Shown piece by piece: positions 24,897-36,892 of a stretch of 64,000 nucleotides of DNA. The stretch spans positions 620,001 to 684,000 of the forward strand of contig NW_026250406.1 in NCBI RefSeq assembly GCF_024521635.1, written 5' to 3'. Position 1 is the stretch's first letter, and every line of letters begins with the position of its first letter. The position numbers were made by a program, and so were the translations under genes. The stretch comes from Tricharina praecox (Eukaryota). The notes under the pieces were generated by a model. The model did not search any database, was not told the DNA's origin, and worked only from the letters and a program-made list of their open reading frames with translations.

Positions 24897-26582
24897 GAAC
24901 AAGTGCTCTCGTGATAGCTTAGTAGTTCTGTTGCACCACCAGCATTGATCATCATCTCGCTAAATGATCCAATTCAGGTACGTACTACATAGTAGCTGTG
25001 AGGGCATGCCCCGTTGTGCAGTCGCTCTCGGGCAGCGTTTCACTCGTCGATCGATGAGTGCCAAGTAGCATTGCATGCCTCGACGGCAGCGACAATCATC
25101 ACTAACGACTGAACGCCGATTGAAATCCAGATTCCAAGCACCGCGTAGGTTATGTCAAACGAAGCCTCTCCTCCCCCCCTTTCTATATCTTCCTCCCCTT
25201 TTCCCCAACCCACCATCTTCATCCTCGCTCTCCTTCGCCCTTCTTCCTACTCTACCATCAACACCCCTCCATCCTCACGAAAACTCCCTTATCTCTTACC
25301 ATAACCTTCCTCCACCTCTCTACATTCACACACATCCCCACTCCCCCACACAACCCCGAATTTCCTCTCCCCAGCCATTTCCACCAAACCAATACCACCC
25401 CCGATCAATCGCATATCGATCCCCCACTGATCCGCGAGATGTGCAACTCCCGTATCTCTTACCATCACCACGCCTCCATCGTCTCGACTGACGACAATAT
25501 CCCCACTCCATCATCCTCATGACAACCTGCTTATCTCTTTCCAACACTATCCTCCACCTCTGTGCAACCCCGCTCCCAGAACGTATGGCCGCCACCGTCA
25601 TCCACGCCTGCACCCCGGTCATTGTTTTCCCAGCTCCGCCCGCGACACGACTACGCCCTACCACCGTCTACAATGCGGCGGCTCCGGGCCCTAACTATCC
25701 ATCACCAATCATCTGACGAACGACACGAAATCACTCTTCCACTACTCGCCGTCGTTTGGCGGTCTAGGACGCCGCCCCAACCAGCGATGATGCAGCGGTT
25801 TCTGGCTCTGGAAGGTCTCAAATTTCAATTGGGCGGTCGAGCCGACGTCCGCACTGCCGATAATGCGGCGGCCCCAGTTCGAGAGATGGAATTACCAATG
25901 ACTCACAATGGTGGCGAAGGAAGATGGAGGCGATGGAGGCGATGGGGGTGATGGGAGACTAAGAAGAAGAGGAGGAAGCATCCTCCTTCGAACGTCGAAG
26001 ACACCACCGATGGGGTTGCAATGAAATGAATGGAGGAGGGGAATCGCAGCCTAGAACTTGGAGGAGGAAGATGAGAAGGACGTGATGATGATTGAATGAA
26101 TGGGAAGACGAGAAGACGAGAAGATGAGATGAATGATGAATGAATGTGAAGGCGAGATGTTGGGATTTTGAGATGATGAATGCTGAATGATGGATGGATG
26201 AGAAGACGAGCAAGCAGATGAGTATGATGGAGGGGAGGAAGGAGAGCAGGACAGTGGGGACAAGGATGGCAGGAGGATGTTGCGGGTGCTGTTTATTTGT
26301 TTTTCAATTTTATCGCAGATAACTGCATCATCAATAATTTTGTATTCTCCCGAGCTCTTGACGACGCAACAAATAGTATCTTCGCAGCCAGCTAGTGATC
26401 TACATTGTCCAATCCAGATTTTCTCGACATATTTGCACCGGTGACCGCTCATCAGCCAACAGCTCCGCTGTGGACCATCTCTCCTTCCTCCTGTTTGTAT
26501 GGTTCCCAACCTTCGCCGACACGGCTCTTTGCTGGCCTCTCCAAAGCGACCAGTGTTTCAACAAGTACTCTCGTGATAGCTT
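24897..26582 (+). repeat. Repeat family R1 copy, head-to-tail with the previous one
   Basis: AACAAGT(G/A)CTCTCGTGATAGCTT occurs at 24898 and 26560. 26280-26560 matches 24370-24660. Confidence 0.85.
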
Positions 26583-26977
26583 CGTACAAAATCATCGAAA
26601 GCCGGGCTCCGAATCACACGTCATCTCCTCGTTCCCCGATGATCACATACGCCCCATTTCAGCGCGATTAGCCTCAACACCGGCTTTCCAACCTGACCTT
26701 TCCCTCGGGACACCGAAAACTGTTCACCATGATCGGTCAAACTTCCAACTGATGAGATTTCCGCGCTAAATCGTCTACATACTCGCAGAATGTTGCAGTG
26801 CAGCACCGTGGCGATGCCGACGAGAGCGCGGATGGGCAGTGGGGTTATATATGGTAGAAAGAGCAACATTTACCACTTGGCGGTGGGCGTGAACGATTAC
26901 CGGTGAGGAGTGGACACGGGCACACAGGATCACTCGGCTGGAAATTGGGCAGAGCAGAAGTTCGGTCGCGGTTGAAC

Positions 26978-27033
26978 TTTCGCCATAGTCTAGATGGGCT
27001 GCATGCCAAATAAACTGAAGATCTCTCTATCCC
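26978..27033 (+). repeat. R2 motif copy
   Basis: TTTCGCCATAGTCTAGATGGGCTGCATGCCAAATAAACTGAAGATCTCTCT. Confidence 0.75.
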
Positions 27034-27469
27034 TTTAGAATCAGGCTCAACTCAAAAACACCGACATCTGGCAAGTAACTCTGTGTGGCTCGCGACAGCC
27101 CACCCTCGGGGGAAGTATGGAAAAGTACTTTGCAGTGCGCGAAGCCTCGATTTCACGATTTATCAGGTACATCTGACACAGTATTTATCACCTTTATTTA
27201 TCCTTCTCTAGGCTGTGGGATGTGGGATGTCTTTGATGAGATCTTCTGGCTTTTTAATGGGGGCGTTCTGACTCTCGAGCTATGTGTCGGCCTCTCTGGG
27301 AACTCTAGATCTCGAACAGTCGACATCGATGTTGTACTTCTCAGATGATCTGAAAAATATGAACAGAGATGATTGTGCAGAGAAACCAATGTGAGCAATT
27401 AAATCATTATCATAATTAGGTCAAGCCACTCAATCCAATATGCATAGCCTCATACAGTAAGTGAACTTC

Positions 27470-28230
27470 CTCCTCCTCCTCGTGCTCACCATCCTGTTCC
27501 CCTTCCTCCCCTCCATCGTCCTCATCTGCTTGCTCCTCTTCCCATTCATTCATCATTCATCATTCATCATTCATCATACATCTTCTCATCTTCCCATTAT
27601 CTCGTCTTCCCATTCATTCAATCATCATCAAGTCCTTCTCGTCTTCTCGTCTTCTCGTCTTCTCATCTCCTGATCATCGCCCGAGGCTTCCTCCTCCAGG
27701 TGAGTCTCTAGAATCATCCTCGGAGGTTTCTTCGAAGGTGGAGGCTTCCTCCTCCAAGTTCTAGGCTGCGATTCCCCTCCTCCATTCATTTCATTGCAAC
27801 CCCATCGGTGGTGTCTTCGACGTTCGAAGGAGGATGCTTCCTCCTGTTCTTCCTATTCTTCCATCACCTCCATCCCCTGCATCTCTCCCATCTCCCTTCG
27901 CCACCATTGTGGGTCATGGGAAATTCCATCTCCTCAACAGGGGCCGTCGCATTGCCGGCAGTAAGGGAGTCGTTCTCGTCCGCCAAATTGGCCACGGGTA
28001 GGGCCAGGAGGCCGAAGATGTTGAGGTAGAACGATACCTCGACCGCCAAATTGGCGACGACGACGGTGAGGAGCGCCAACGTGACTAGGGGGAGCGAGTC
28101 GATAACGGCCACGGGGAGGAAGGCGAGCACCATGAGGAGGTTGCCGATGGATTTGTTTTTTTCTTTCTTTTAATTGTATCGCAGATGACTGCATCATCAG
28201 GACTTCGTAGCGTTTCGAGCTCGCTGTCAC
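27470..28230 (-). repeat. Rearranged R1 copy; 27490-27960 is a close inverted copy of ~25850-26260
   Basis: About 95 bp are identical in reverse complement (TCCTCCTCCAAGTTCTAGGCTGCGATTCCCC...GGAGGATGCTTCCTC). The terminal block at 28150-28230 is in the opposite orientation. Confidence 0.85.
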
Positions 28231-28416
28231 CCAATATATGTAGAAGGCTCGTAACTGTACCACCAACGGCAGAACCTTCACTTTCGCATTTCTTCGCACA
28301 TCCTTCCATCCACGCAACCTCATCCCTGTCATCCTACAGAATAAGAAACAACCCTGACCCCCACCGTTTCTCCGTCGCGTCACCCATATTCTAATGGATG
28401 GAGACAAAAAAGATAA

Positions 28417-28521
28417 CTCCTTCGGGTGGGCTTGAACCACCAACCTCTCGATGACCGAACAACCACAGATGCGGTAACTAAGGTAACAGTCGAACGCGCT
28501 AGCCAATTGCGCCACGAAGGA
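28417..28521 (-). tRNA. tRNA-Asn(GTT), 31-nt intron 28453-28483
   Basis: Complete cloverleaf: acceptor TCCTTCG/CGAAGGA, D arm GCGC, anticodon arm TTCGA-CTGTTAA-TCGAG, T loop TTCAAGC, discriminator G, downstream T run. Confidence 0.95.
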
Positions 28522-30045
28522 TGTTTCATGTCTGTTGTCGGCAAAGCCCACTACAGAGAAATCTTAGATAAGCCACTTCTGATTCACCACTTATCGTGTG
28601 GTCCCACATCCCCGCGACGGGAGAATTGTTATCGTTTTATCGCTGAAGACGGCAGCATCGAGGAGTGATCGTCGCTATAATTGTCTCCACACCCGAAGTA
28701 ACTATTCTCGAGAGGTGCGACGGCATTTCCTGGAGGGGGCGTCATTGTTGATGTTGTTTCGCCATCTCGAAATGCAGCCCGCGACGGGGACCTACAGCCC
28801 ACAAACAGCATTCGGTGACTAGGCCTTTGGCCTTATCGAATGGACTTCCCGACACCCGCCACTTCCGTTGCATTGCACCGGCGTTGCCATTCATCGAAGA
28901 ATAACCGCGCCGTGTGTGACGGAGATGAGCATGTCCTGTCGGTCCTTTGGATGGAGGAGACGCCGAAACCGCGAAGTCCCTGCAGAAGCGTTTGGAAATC
29001 CTCACGAAGCTCGATTGCAAAGTCCTTCCAAGCTCCAAACCCTAGCACGCAGCTTCTTCGTCTGCATTAAGAGCATTCAATGATAGACTCTCAGGAAGAG
29101 ACTCACCTACCCTGCTTCTCTAGTACACTGTGCTCAGAGCGCACCAGCCCCTTCTGTAACAAAATTCGTGCTTCCGAATGATCTTCCTCGTGGCCTGGGG
29201 CTATCCCTCAGGATGCCCGCACAGAAACCGTCCGCTTCCCTCCGTATTGTGAGATCCTGCGGGCAAGGAACCCACACACGAAGATAGGCCTCTGCTCTTC
29301 GTGCATCGATCTCTCCATGTAAATCTTGTCTCGTTTCATCCGAATAGTGGTTTTCTCCAGTAGTCCGGCTTGTGTTTATTCCAACCCTCGGCACCGTAGC
29401 CAATCAGCGTCTGCTCAAAATAAGAGTTGTTTGCTTACCGATCGGCCGGTGGAATCTCGCAAGAGGAGACCTTCTCTGAATTTTCCACAAGCTGAGAACG
29501 TATGGCATGGGAATTCCTTCCACGGTCGTGTCCCAATTGTAGGTGAAGATGATCTCCCTCAGATTCTCACTTGGAGGCCCCGATGCTCCCATCGAAGTGG
29601 CCATTCCCATAGTTGCAAAGCTGCTTATAATCGCAGGTATTGTTTCTCCACCGCCACGTCCCGTTTTATTGGTGACCAAAAAAGCGTTCTACGAAACTGA
29701 CGGAATTGCTGTAGCCTCGGAATACCTTTGTACTCTGTCTCACCGGACCGGGCAGTAAATGCTTCCAATCCGGCCGTCGCAACAAGATCGAAAAGGAGAA
29801 CATTGACCTCCACAAACCACCGACCGCCTATGAGGACTCAGGAGATAAAGCGCAGCCGTTCGAAAAATTTGCCTGATCTAGAATCTATTAGGACAAAATT
29901 CTCGGGTATTATGCGATACGCCCTCCAACTCACCCACACATTTGCTGGGTATTTGCGATGGCCAACACCAAATTTGCATCTCCCAGCGCCGGCAAGTTGG
30001 AACACTGCCCCCAGCAAAACGAAATGCTCCACGAGCAAAAGTAAA

Positions 30046-30141
30046 CTCCTTCGGGTGGGCTTGAACCACCAACCTCTCGATCGCCGAACCCCAGTAGTGG
30101 AATTAACAGTCGAACGCGCTAGCCAATTGCGCCACGAAGGA
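30046..30141 (-). tRNA. tRNA-Asn(GTT), 22-nt intron 30082-30103
   Basis: Exons identical to the 28417 copy. TTTACTTTT follows. Confidence 0.95.
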
Positions 30142-31253
30142 TGTTCGATGTTCCAGCTCGAAATTGGCTCATATGCCGTATTGTAAGACGGTTCTGCGAA
30201 GAAGGAGGCTGTACCGCGGCTGGTTGAATAAGATTTTGAAGTCAGATTGGGCTTCTTAACTAGGAGAGTTCATCGAGTGAGGCTAACCATGATCATGATG
30301 ATAAGCCACAATGGCACAGTGACTTCGCCACACGTCCAGCGCCGCCAACCTGCCGGAGTTCGTCCGCACTGAAGCGCTTCTTCGCAGTACAGGAAAGCGT
30401 GATGTCCAACAATCAACCGAAAGCGGCTTCGAAATAGCTCAGAGACATTTGAACTCGTCCTTGTAATGGGACCAGCGCGTAGCAGCGGAGATGTCGACGT
30501 GACTTGGCGAATGTTCCGAACGATATTACTCGTACTGCTACTGGGTGACGGAGAATATGACCTTTTGCTGACACCCCGGCTCCGCTGAAACGCGTTGATG
30601 ACTCGGAAGTAGAGCGTGCTTGTGGGAACTCGAGCACATCTTCTGTCCGCCCGGGAGCGTCGGAGTATGAATGCGTCAAGCGTGGAGTTCTCGCGGTTGA
30701 TTGACGAAGGGTAAGGCTGTTGGCACAGCCCAACACAGATGGTGGCCCCGATCTCCTTCCAAGGCCGGAGCTTATTGAGATGTAGCGCGCGTGCCGGTGT
30801 AGTAGTTTCCATATAACCGCGAGTGGCTGGCGGGAAAACGAGTGAACGAGTGGCCGCGGCCCGCGGGAGGGAGAATATTGAAGGTGTCTGATCTCTGCCT
30901 TTACGCCACAGTTGGCACGATCGCCGCAACACGTAACAATATATCAGAACTACTCCGTATCATATTAGCTCCACGTGTGAAAGTTTTCGGTTTGAAGGAA
31001 GTTTCGAAACATACTCAGATACTCCTCAAGAGCGTTACGTCGGATCCAATCCATCTTAGCGGGATGTCGCCTACTTGATGGACAAGTGCAGTTTGTGGAA
31101 CCCTCATTAAACTCCGACAATGCGTGTCGACTCGTACTCTACGGCGAACACAGGTACAGTTGTCGACGACATCGCGATCTGAGGAGATCCATCGATGTAG
31201 CAGTCGGTCCGTGTGGAATGCGAGTTGGTAAGGTGCCAGCGACCGGTGATCTC

Positions 31254-31314
31254 TTCGTCAAAGTCTAGATAGGCTGTATGCGAAATAAAACAGGAAGATC
31301 TCTCTCTCTCTCTC
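31254..31314 (+). repeat. R2 motif copy
   Basis: TTCGTCAAAGTCTAGATAGGCTGTATGCGAAATAAAACAGGAAGATCTCTCTCTCTCTCTC. Confidence 0.75.
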
Positions 31315-32352
31315 GACCGGCGATCTACTCCCACATCACTATCGGTATGGTTCTTAGTGGATGGGCTGTGGATCCACTGCACAATCTTTTTAGAAAGGAC
31401 ACAAGCAGAGGCCGCCCAGGACTTCGAACGCCGCGGCGATCGTTGAACACCATTCGACGCAGACGTTGATGTGGTGGGATACTAATATCTTCTTCACTAA
31501 TCTGTCAGCATCCGTTCCCGTTCGGTGATTCTGTATCCTCGGAGAAATTACAGACGTCCAGGTCAGTAATCTAATTTCCGTGCTGGCACCTATCACTTGA
31601 CGGTCCGTGCTAGAGATGATGTCCAGAAGGCGTGTGGGATGAAGATTGGTGATGTCATTAAAGTTCAACGATGATAGCGATTGGGGTGAAGTGATGGGAG
31701 AGAAGGATCCACAGTTGGAGAACGGCGGGGAGGGATTGAAAGGGGGATCGCTAGATGAAGCGAGCTGGAAGGGATAGCATGAGCCGTCGTAGATTGACAG
31801 GTGGGTGGTTGGATGTGTGAATCGTAATTCTGTGGTTACGGCGATGTGAGTGTTTGTATCGGTGGAAGTGGGGTAGTAATAGATGGTGGTGAGGGTTGAT
31901 ATGCGCAATACATACGACCTCCAACCCCGCCTCAGAAGCTAGGACGAACGTGGCAGAAAATCCATGCACGCGTCTGAATGCAGGCCCATCATGCCAAAAG
32001 CAGTGACTCCCTGGCTCCGGATTCTTCGCTCATTCGGGCCGGAACGGGCGGGAGTAGTGCCGTCAATTTCCGACTGGCCTACGGATGACGATGCCTGAGA
32101 GTAGGTGCGATTTCTGCCAACTCCAAACAAATTCGCAGTGCGCGCAAATCAACCTCTGTATACTACATTACTTGTGTACAATCTCCCCCCTTCATCAGCT
32201 GTGATGACCGTACTAATTCAATGACCACCATAGCTTACACCGTCAATATCGTACGCACCAATTTCTCCCCTCAGTAGTCATTGATGGTATGATACATCGT
32301 CGACCACATCCAAAAACCTAATAGTGTGCAACACAAGCCTCTCTCACAAGCG

Positions 32353-32439
32353 TCCTCCGTGGCGCAATTGGCTAGCGCGTTCGACTGTTAAACCCCAAAG
32401 GCAATCGAGAGGTTGGTGGTTCAAGCCCACCCGGAGGAG
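32353..32439 (+). tRNA. tRNA-Asn(GTT), 13-nt intron 32391-32403
   Basis: Same exons with acceptor variant TCCTCCG/CGGAGGA. TTTT downstream. Confidence 0.95.
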
Positions 32440-33203
32440 CAATCTTTTGCATTTCAGGCTGAGAAGGAATGTTTTTTTCGGCGGGATATTGGGGTGACAG
32501 AGAATTCGGACTGCGTGGCAGTGGATGTGTCGCGGGGGTCGCTACGTGAGACGGGACGGATCCGTTTGGTTAATGACGAGAAGGTTGAATACTCGAGGGA
32601 GAAAAACATACATCTATGGCAGTGGGAATAACTGCCACGAGTCTGAAACGGAGAAGAGGAGGGGTGGATCTCGTTTAGCTGCAGAAAAGACAGTGGGAAG
32701 CAAACCAAGGCAAGAATCCCGATGCCACGAGGTGAATTTTCAAGATGCTAACCCAACTAGGTACGCTGTTGGGGGTGGATGGCCGCTCGCTTTCCGCCGG
32801 ATGTCACACGGGGTCGCTGAAAGTTTGTAATTATCAGGTGAAAATCACACACCGGAGTTCTGGAAAGAGAGACCTTTAACGGCCGATGGATAATTTTCGA
32901 GGGAACTTCAACATATCGCCGCGTTCACTCAGCCTGCCGCCACAACTGGTAGTGAAGTAGGGTCACTGTTAATAGCAATCATGCAGAGTTCCGGGGTGAG
33001 GGAACATCTTCGAAGCGAGTCGGAAACGCGCGATTGTTTCGATACCTGGCCCACTATCAGGTAGTAGAAAGAGTCCACGTTACTGGTAATCACGTGGACG
33101 ACCACGCAGCAGCGAACAGCCGCGCCCTGCGTGTGGTTTGTAAAGTGGTGCCAAGAGAATTTTGGAGGTCAATTGATTACAGTATTATCCAAGACATCAA
33201 ACA

Positions 33204-33300
33204 TCCTCCGTGGCGCAATTGGCTAGCGCGTTCGACTGTTATTCCCACTTCTGTAGTTTCGGCGATCGAGAGGTTGGTGGTTCAAGCCCACCCGGAGGAG
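33204..33300 (+). tRNA. tRNA-Asn(GTT), 23-nt intron 33242-33264
   Basis: TCCTCCG variant. TTTCTTTTTT terminator immediately downstream. Confidence 0.95.
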
Positions 33301-34147
33301 TTTCTTTTTTCTCATGTCTGTTCTGCTGGAAGGCTGTGTTTTGAAGGTGCGAGTTAGAATATTCTAGATGGAGGAGCCAAGATGTGTCACGAGTGTAGAA
33401 TCTAACTTCAAAACCTCGATCGTGTATGTAAGCAGGCCACCTATTGCGGTTACGTGTGGCTACCAAGTAGGATTCAGCTGCTTTTCTTAATTCTACATAG
33501 GCTGTCGGCGCTGCAGAGTGTACGAAGTCTGCATGGGTTCCTTCGCCCTGCTTTTAGTCGTCCCGCTTGACATGTTCTAAGTTTCCTATCACTGCTGTAT
33601 CCTGCACTGTGGGGCTTGGGGCCGGGGGAGGGGCTCATCCATTTTGTTCCGCCGCCCGCGCGCAGCCTTGCTAGACTATGTACCTGGTATAACGAACTCT
33701 CGAAAGAAAGCATTCCTGCCCGCTTACGAGGGAGAGATAATCAATTTACTGTCGCATGCGGCCTGTCTAAACTTCAGCACGCCGTGATTTTGCTTAACAA
33801 ATGGTGGCTTCTGAAATCACGTGTTACGAGGGATCGAGTGATCATATGTGCCAATGGTTTGTGCTCCTGCTTCTACCCAGTTACACACTTTGGTAGTGGC
33901 TACAAATGTGTGATGAGGGGTTATTATTCCGTGTGGTGCCCTTTGCGACGTTTTGAAGCAGGAATTACCTACCAGGGGACTTCGCCATCCCTTGATCGTG
34001 CACTAATCGTTCGAACCAGCCTCGGTGGTCGTTGGTGTTGGTCGTTCGACAACACAAACGAAACCCCGAGAAAACTCACCCCCCGAAAAAGTGAAAACAG
34101 CACATCCGCCAGGCTAACCGCGCGACAGCATCACATTCGCCCACGAA

Positions 34148-34913
34148 ATGTCCGTTCCACGGACCCACCGCCCAGGCGCCGCGACTACAACTGATGCGTC
34201 GGCCGCTGCTGGTGTTTCAACAGGATCCCACGAGCTACCGACAGATGCTGTATCAAGCGAAGTTTCCGATACGCAACTGGAGTATATTGTTTATGTACGG
34301 CTGCCCTTTCCGCGGCGTGGCTTCGTCAACCCTCCCCAGGTATGACAAGCCCCACTCATATCCTCAGTCAGACCACAATACTTACCGACACTCGCATGAT
34401 CAGGTGTGCTGGAATGAACAGAAGGAGCGGCATCTCTGGCGTACGGTTATGCGAGAGGACCGCACACAGCCTATCGATTGTAAGTTTTCGAGATTGCCAA
34501 TGCGTCTTCGGAATGGTCTGCTAATCGCTGTCTAGGGAACAAGCTGTATGGCTTTGAATCTCCGCCGCTAGTATAGAAGATTATTAACAAACAAACATCA
34601 TAGTGCCGAAGACCTCCAGGTCACCCCGCTCTTTTGCATGCGTGTGATAAGTCTGCTCATCAACCAAGAGCAAGCCAAGCTGATGAAGGCCGCAAGGAGA
34701 CCGTCTACCTTTACCGCGCCTCGCGCTGGTTCCTCGACGCTGTCTCCAGAATCGGAATTGTTATCACCATCTTCTTCGATCATGTATGAGAAATCCCAAC
34801 CCGCTTCCACGGATGATCCCGCCTGGGAGTTGGTGTCATCGTTGGAAGAATGTCGTCGAGCGCCGCATAACGTTGAACCGGGGTCTGTGGTCGAATGGGA
34901 TCTGGATCCTTAG
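34148..34913 (+). CDS. ATG29: Atg29-like protein, N-terminal domain only (195 aa, 4 exons including a 10-nt micro-exon)
   Basis: Exons 34148-34339, 34404-34479, 34536-34545, 34604-34913 join in frame (588 nt). Sequence YIVYVRLPFPRRGFVNPPQVCWNEQKERHLW..IDWNKLAEDLQV matches the Atg29 N-terminal signature (RLPFPR..DPP..W...K...LW..IDW..LA). Confidence 0.75.
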
Positions 34914-35250
34914 TTACTTCGATCTAGGAGTTTTCATGCTCCGAAATACAGTTTTCGTACGTGTGTGAATGCCCTCAAATACCCTCAAATGGGTGCGACC
35001 TGATTGTTGTATCTTATCGGCGTGACAGACTGACGAGGCGATGCGATACCACACCGATGCTCCCTCAAGAATAACGGCGTGGTTCGATTCATTAGTCTTC
35101 GAATATCTCCAGTCTTTGTGTCTTAAGTGTTTTCTCTTCATGTCGAGCAACAGAACCACCAGTCGCCCAGAAACACCCACCTCCATCGCCGTTGATATCC
35201 CCCGCCCTAGGCGCAAAAAATGAACTTCCGCGTCGGAAACAAAAGAGAAA

Positions 35251-35348
35251 CTCCTCCGGGTGGGCTTGAACCACCAACCTCTCGATGTCGAATATTCACC
35301 AGAGTGAAGTTAACAGTCGAACGCGCTAGCCAATTGCGCCACGGAGGA
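35251..35348 (-). tRNA. tRNA-Asn(GTT), 24-nt intron 35287-35310
   Basis: TCCTCCG variant. TTTCTCTTTT downstream. Confidence 0.95.
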
Positions 35349-36361
35349 TGTTGCATGTTGGAGCTAGCAGAGTGACAGCCATTAAACGTCTAGCTCAGAA
35401 GCTTGATTATAACGTCTAGATCTGATTGGAAACCATGGGAGCAAGAAGAAATTGCCGCAGAAACATTCCGAATATGCACGAACAGTTGACACAAGGTGGT
35501 ATGCCGCGAATAGTTGGTGTGAATATTACACACCGCACGGCAAAGCCAGCCAGGTTATTGTGTCGGAGAGGATGGACACCGAGCCTAATATTTAAGCCGA
35601 GATGAGTTTCAATCTGCTTCCTAGCTTTCCGCTCATGTTGATTCTTCCTGACCCGTTCTATTCTCCTGACTGCTGGAATCAATGGAAAGTTTGTCGTTCA
35701 AGGTTCGGTGGTGCTCTGTTACTTCATTTTTAAGCAACGACATCCACGTTAAATAGTCCGAATTTCCAGGACCGGGCTTGCTGTATCGCGGGAACGTCTG
35801 CTATTATAGTTGTTCGAGCGGTCGGCAAATAATACTTTTGAACACTGATTCTACATACATACAGCCGATTGCCGTGGCCCTGGAGGTCGATGGTAATCGG
35901 ACGCGACAGTCCTGTCATTTGCGACGAAGGCGGAACTAAACCCTCGTTGCGGTGTTGCCTCCAGAGGACTCCACGCAGTCACTTTCATCATGAGGTGCTA
36001 CACTACTGATCTTTGTGGTGGTCACTCACGCTGAATCACTCAGGGGATCTTAATAGTCTGTTCAATGTGTGTACCATTATGAGTCACTCGCCCATAACAG
36101 TCCACTCCTGCGGAGATAGATTCCCAAAATACATGAACGGTGAAAACAAATTGTATAACTATATTAAAGCGTGCATCCTGACACATACTCTCTATGCACG
36201 AAATTAATACTTCCTTACGGATCGTACGGCCGCGCTTTCTTCAATGCAAAGCTGGGTTCCTCCAAGGTATGGTAGGGTTCGACCCTACCAGGGTCAACCC
36301 TAAGAAGGTTCATCCGTCTCGGGTTAGCCTTGAACACCTGTCTCGCGTATTGCTATACGTC

Positions 36362-36855
36362 CAGTGTTCTTCATCGTCCGGTCCGGACGGCCAAAATGCT
36401 GGACAGTTCGAGCCTGGGACGGACGGCCCACGGGTCGGTCTACGTCCGGCGGTGGAGGATGACCGTCCAAGTCACGTGAAATGATTTGCCTGATTGATGA
36501 TTTCTTAGCAGCGATATCCTATGCACCACCTCAACAGTTCATTCCTCACGGCTCCACTAGCTGTGACAAGTAATAGTATTCTGACTCGGACGCCTAATGT
36601 GCGGCGGCGACCGGGCCTTATCACAGCGCTGAGCGCTCTAGGCACCATATCATACTCGGCAACCCAAGGTACACGCCTGAAATCAAGTTTTTACCCAACA
36701 ATTGACGGACTGCCATCGACAGCTGTCTGCGCGTTGTTCGTCTCGTCTGCCTGCTGAAAGAAACGTGGCCCTCACGTGCTAGGCTCGGTCAGGCGCGAGG
36801 CACGCCGTCCGTCCTCTTATGAGGCCCAGGACGGGCCGGACAATGGAGAACACTG
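36362..36855. mobile_element. Non-autonomous hAT-like element
   Basis: TIRs CAGTGTTCTTCATCGTCC / GGACAATGGAGAACACTG and subterminal GGAC/GTCC repeats. Flanks TATACGTC and TATAATACGTC form an imperfect TSD. Confidence 0.75.
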
Positions 36856-36892
36856 TATAATACGTCGCGCATAACAAAACAAGAAAAAAGAA

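Noticed and set aside
11838..28230. Heavy RIP of the repeats
   Set aside because: By eye the repeats remain GC-balanced with no AT-rich, TpA-rich blocks. A RIP index calculation is needed to exclude mild RIP.
28600..31950. ORFs between the tRNA genes, including the 220-aa ORF 30270..30932
   Set aside because: No recognisable motif or consistent splice model.
28417..35348. Constant flanks with variable inserts resembling a CRISPR repeat-spacer system
   Set aside because: The constant parts fold as tRNA-Asn and the variable parts sit at the canonical 37/38 intron position. Copies are 0.8-2.2 kb apart on both strands, and there are no cas genes.
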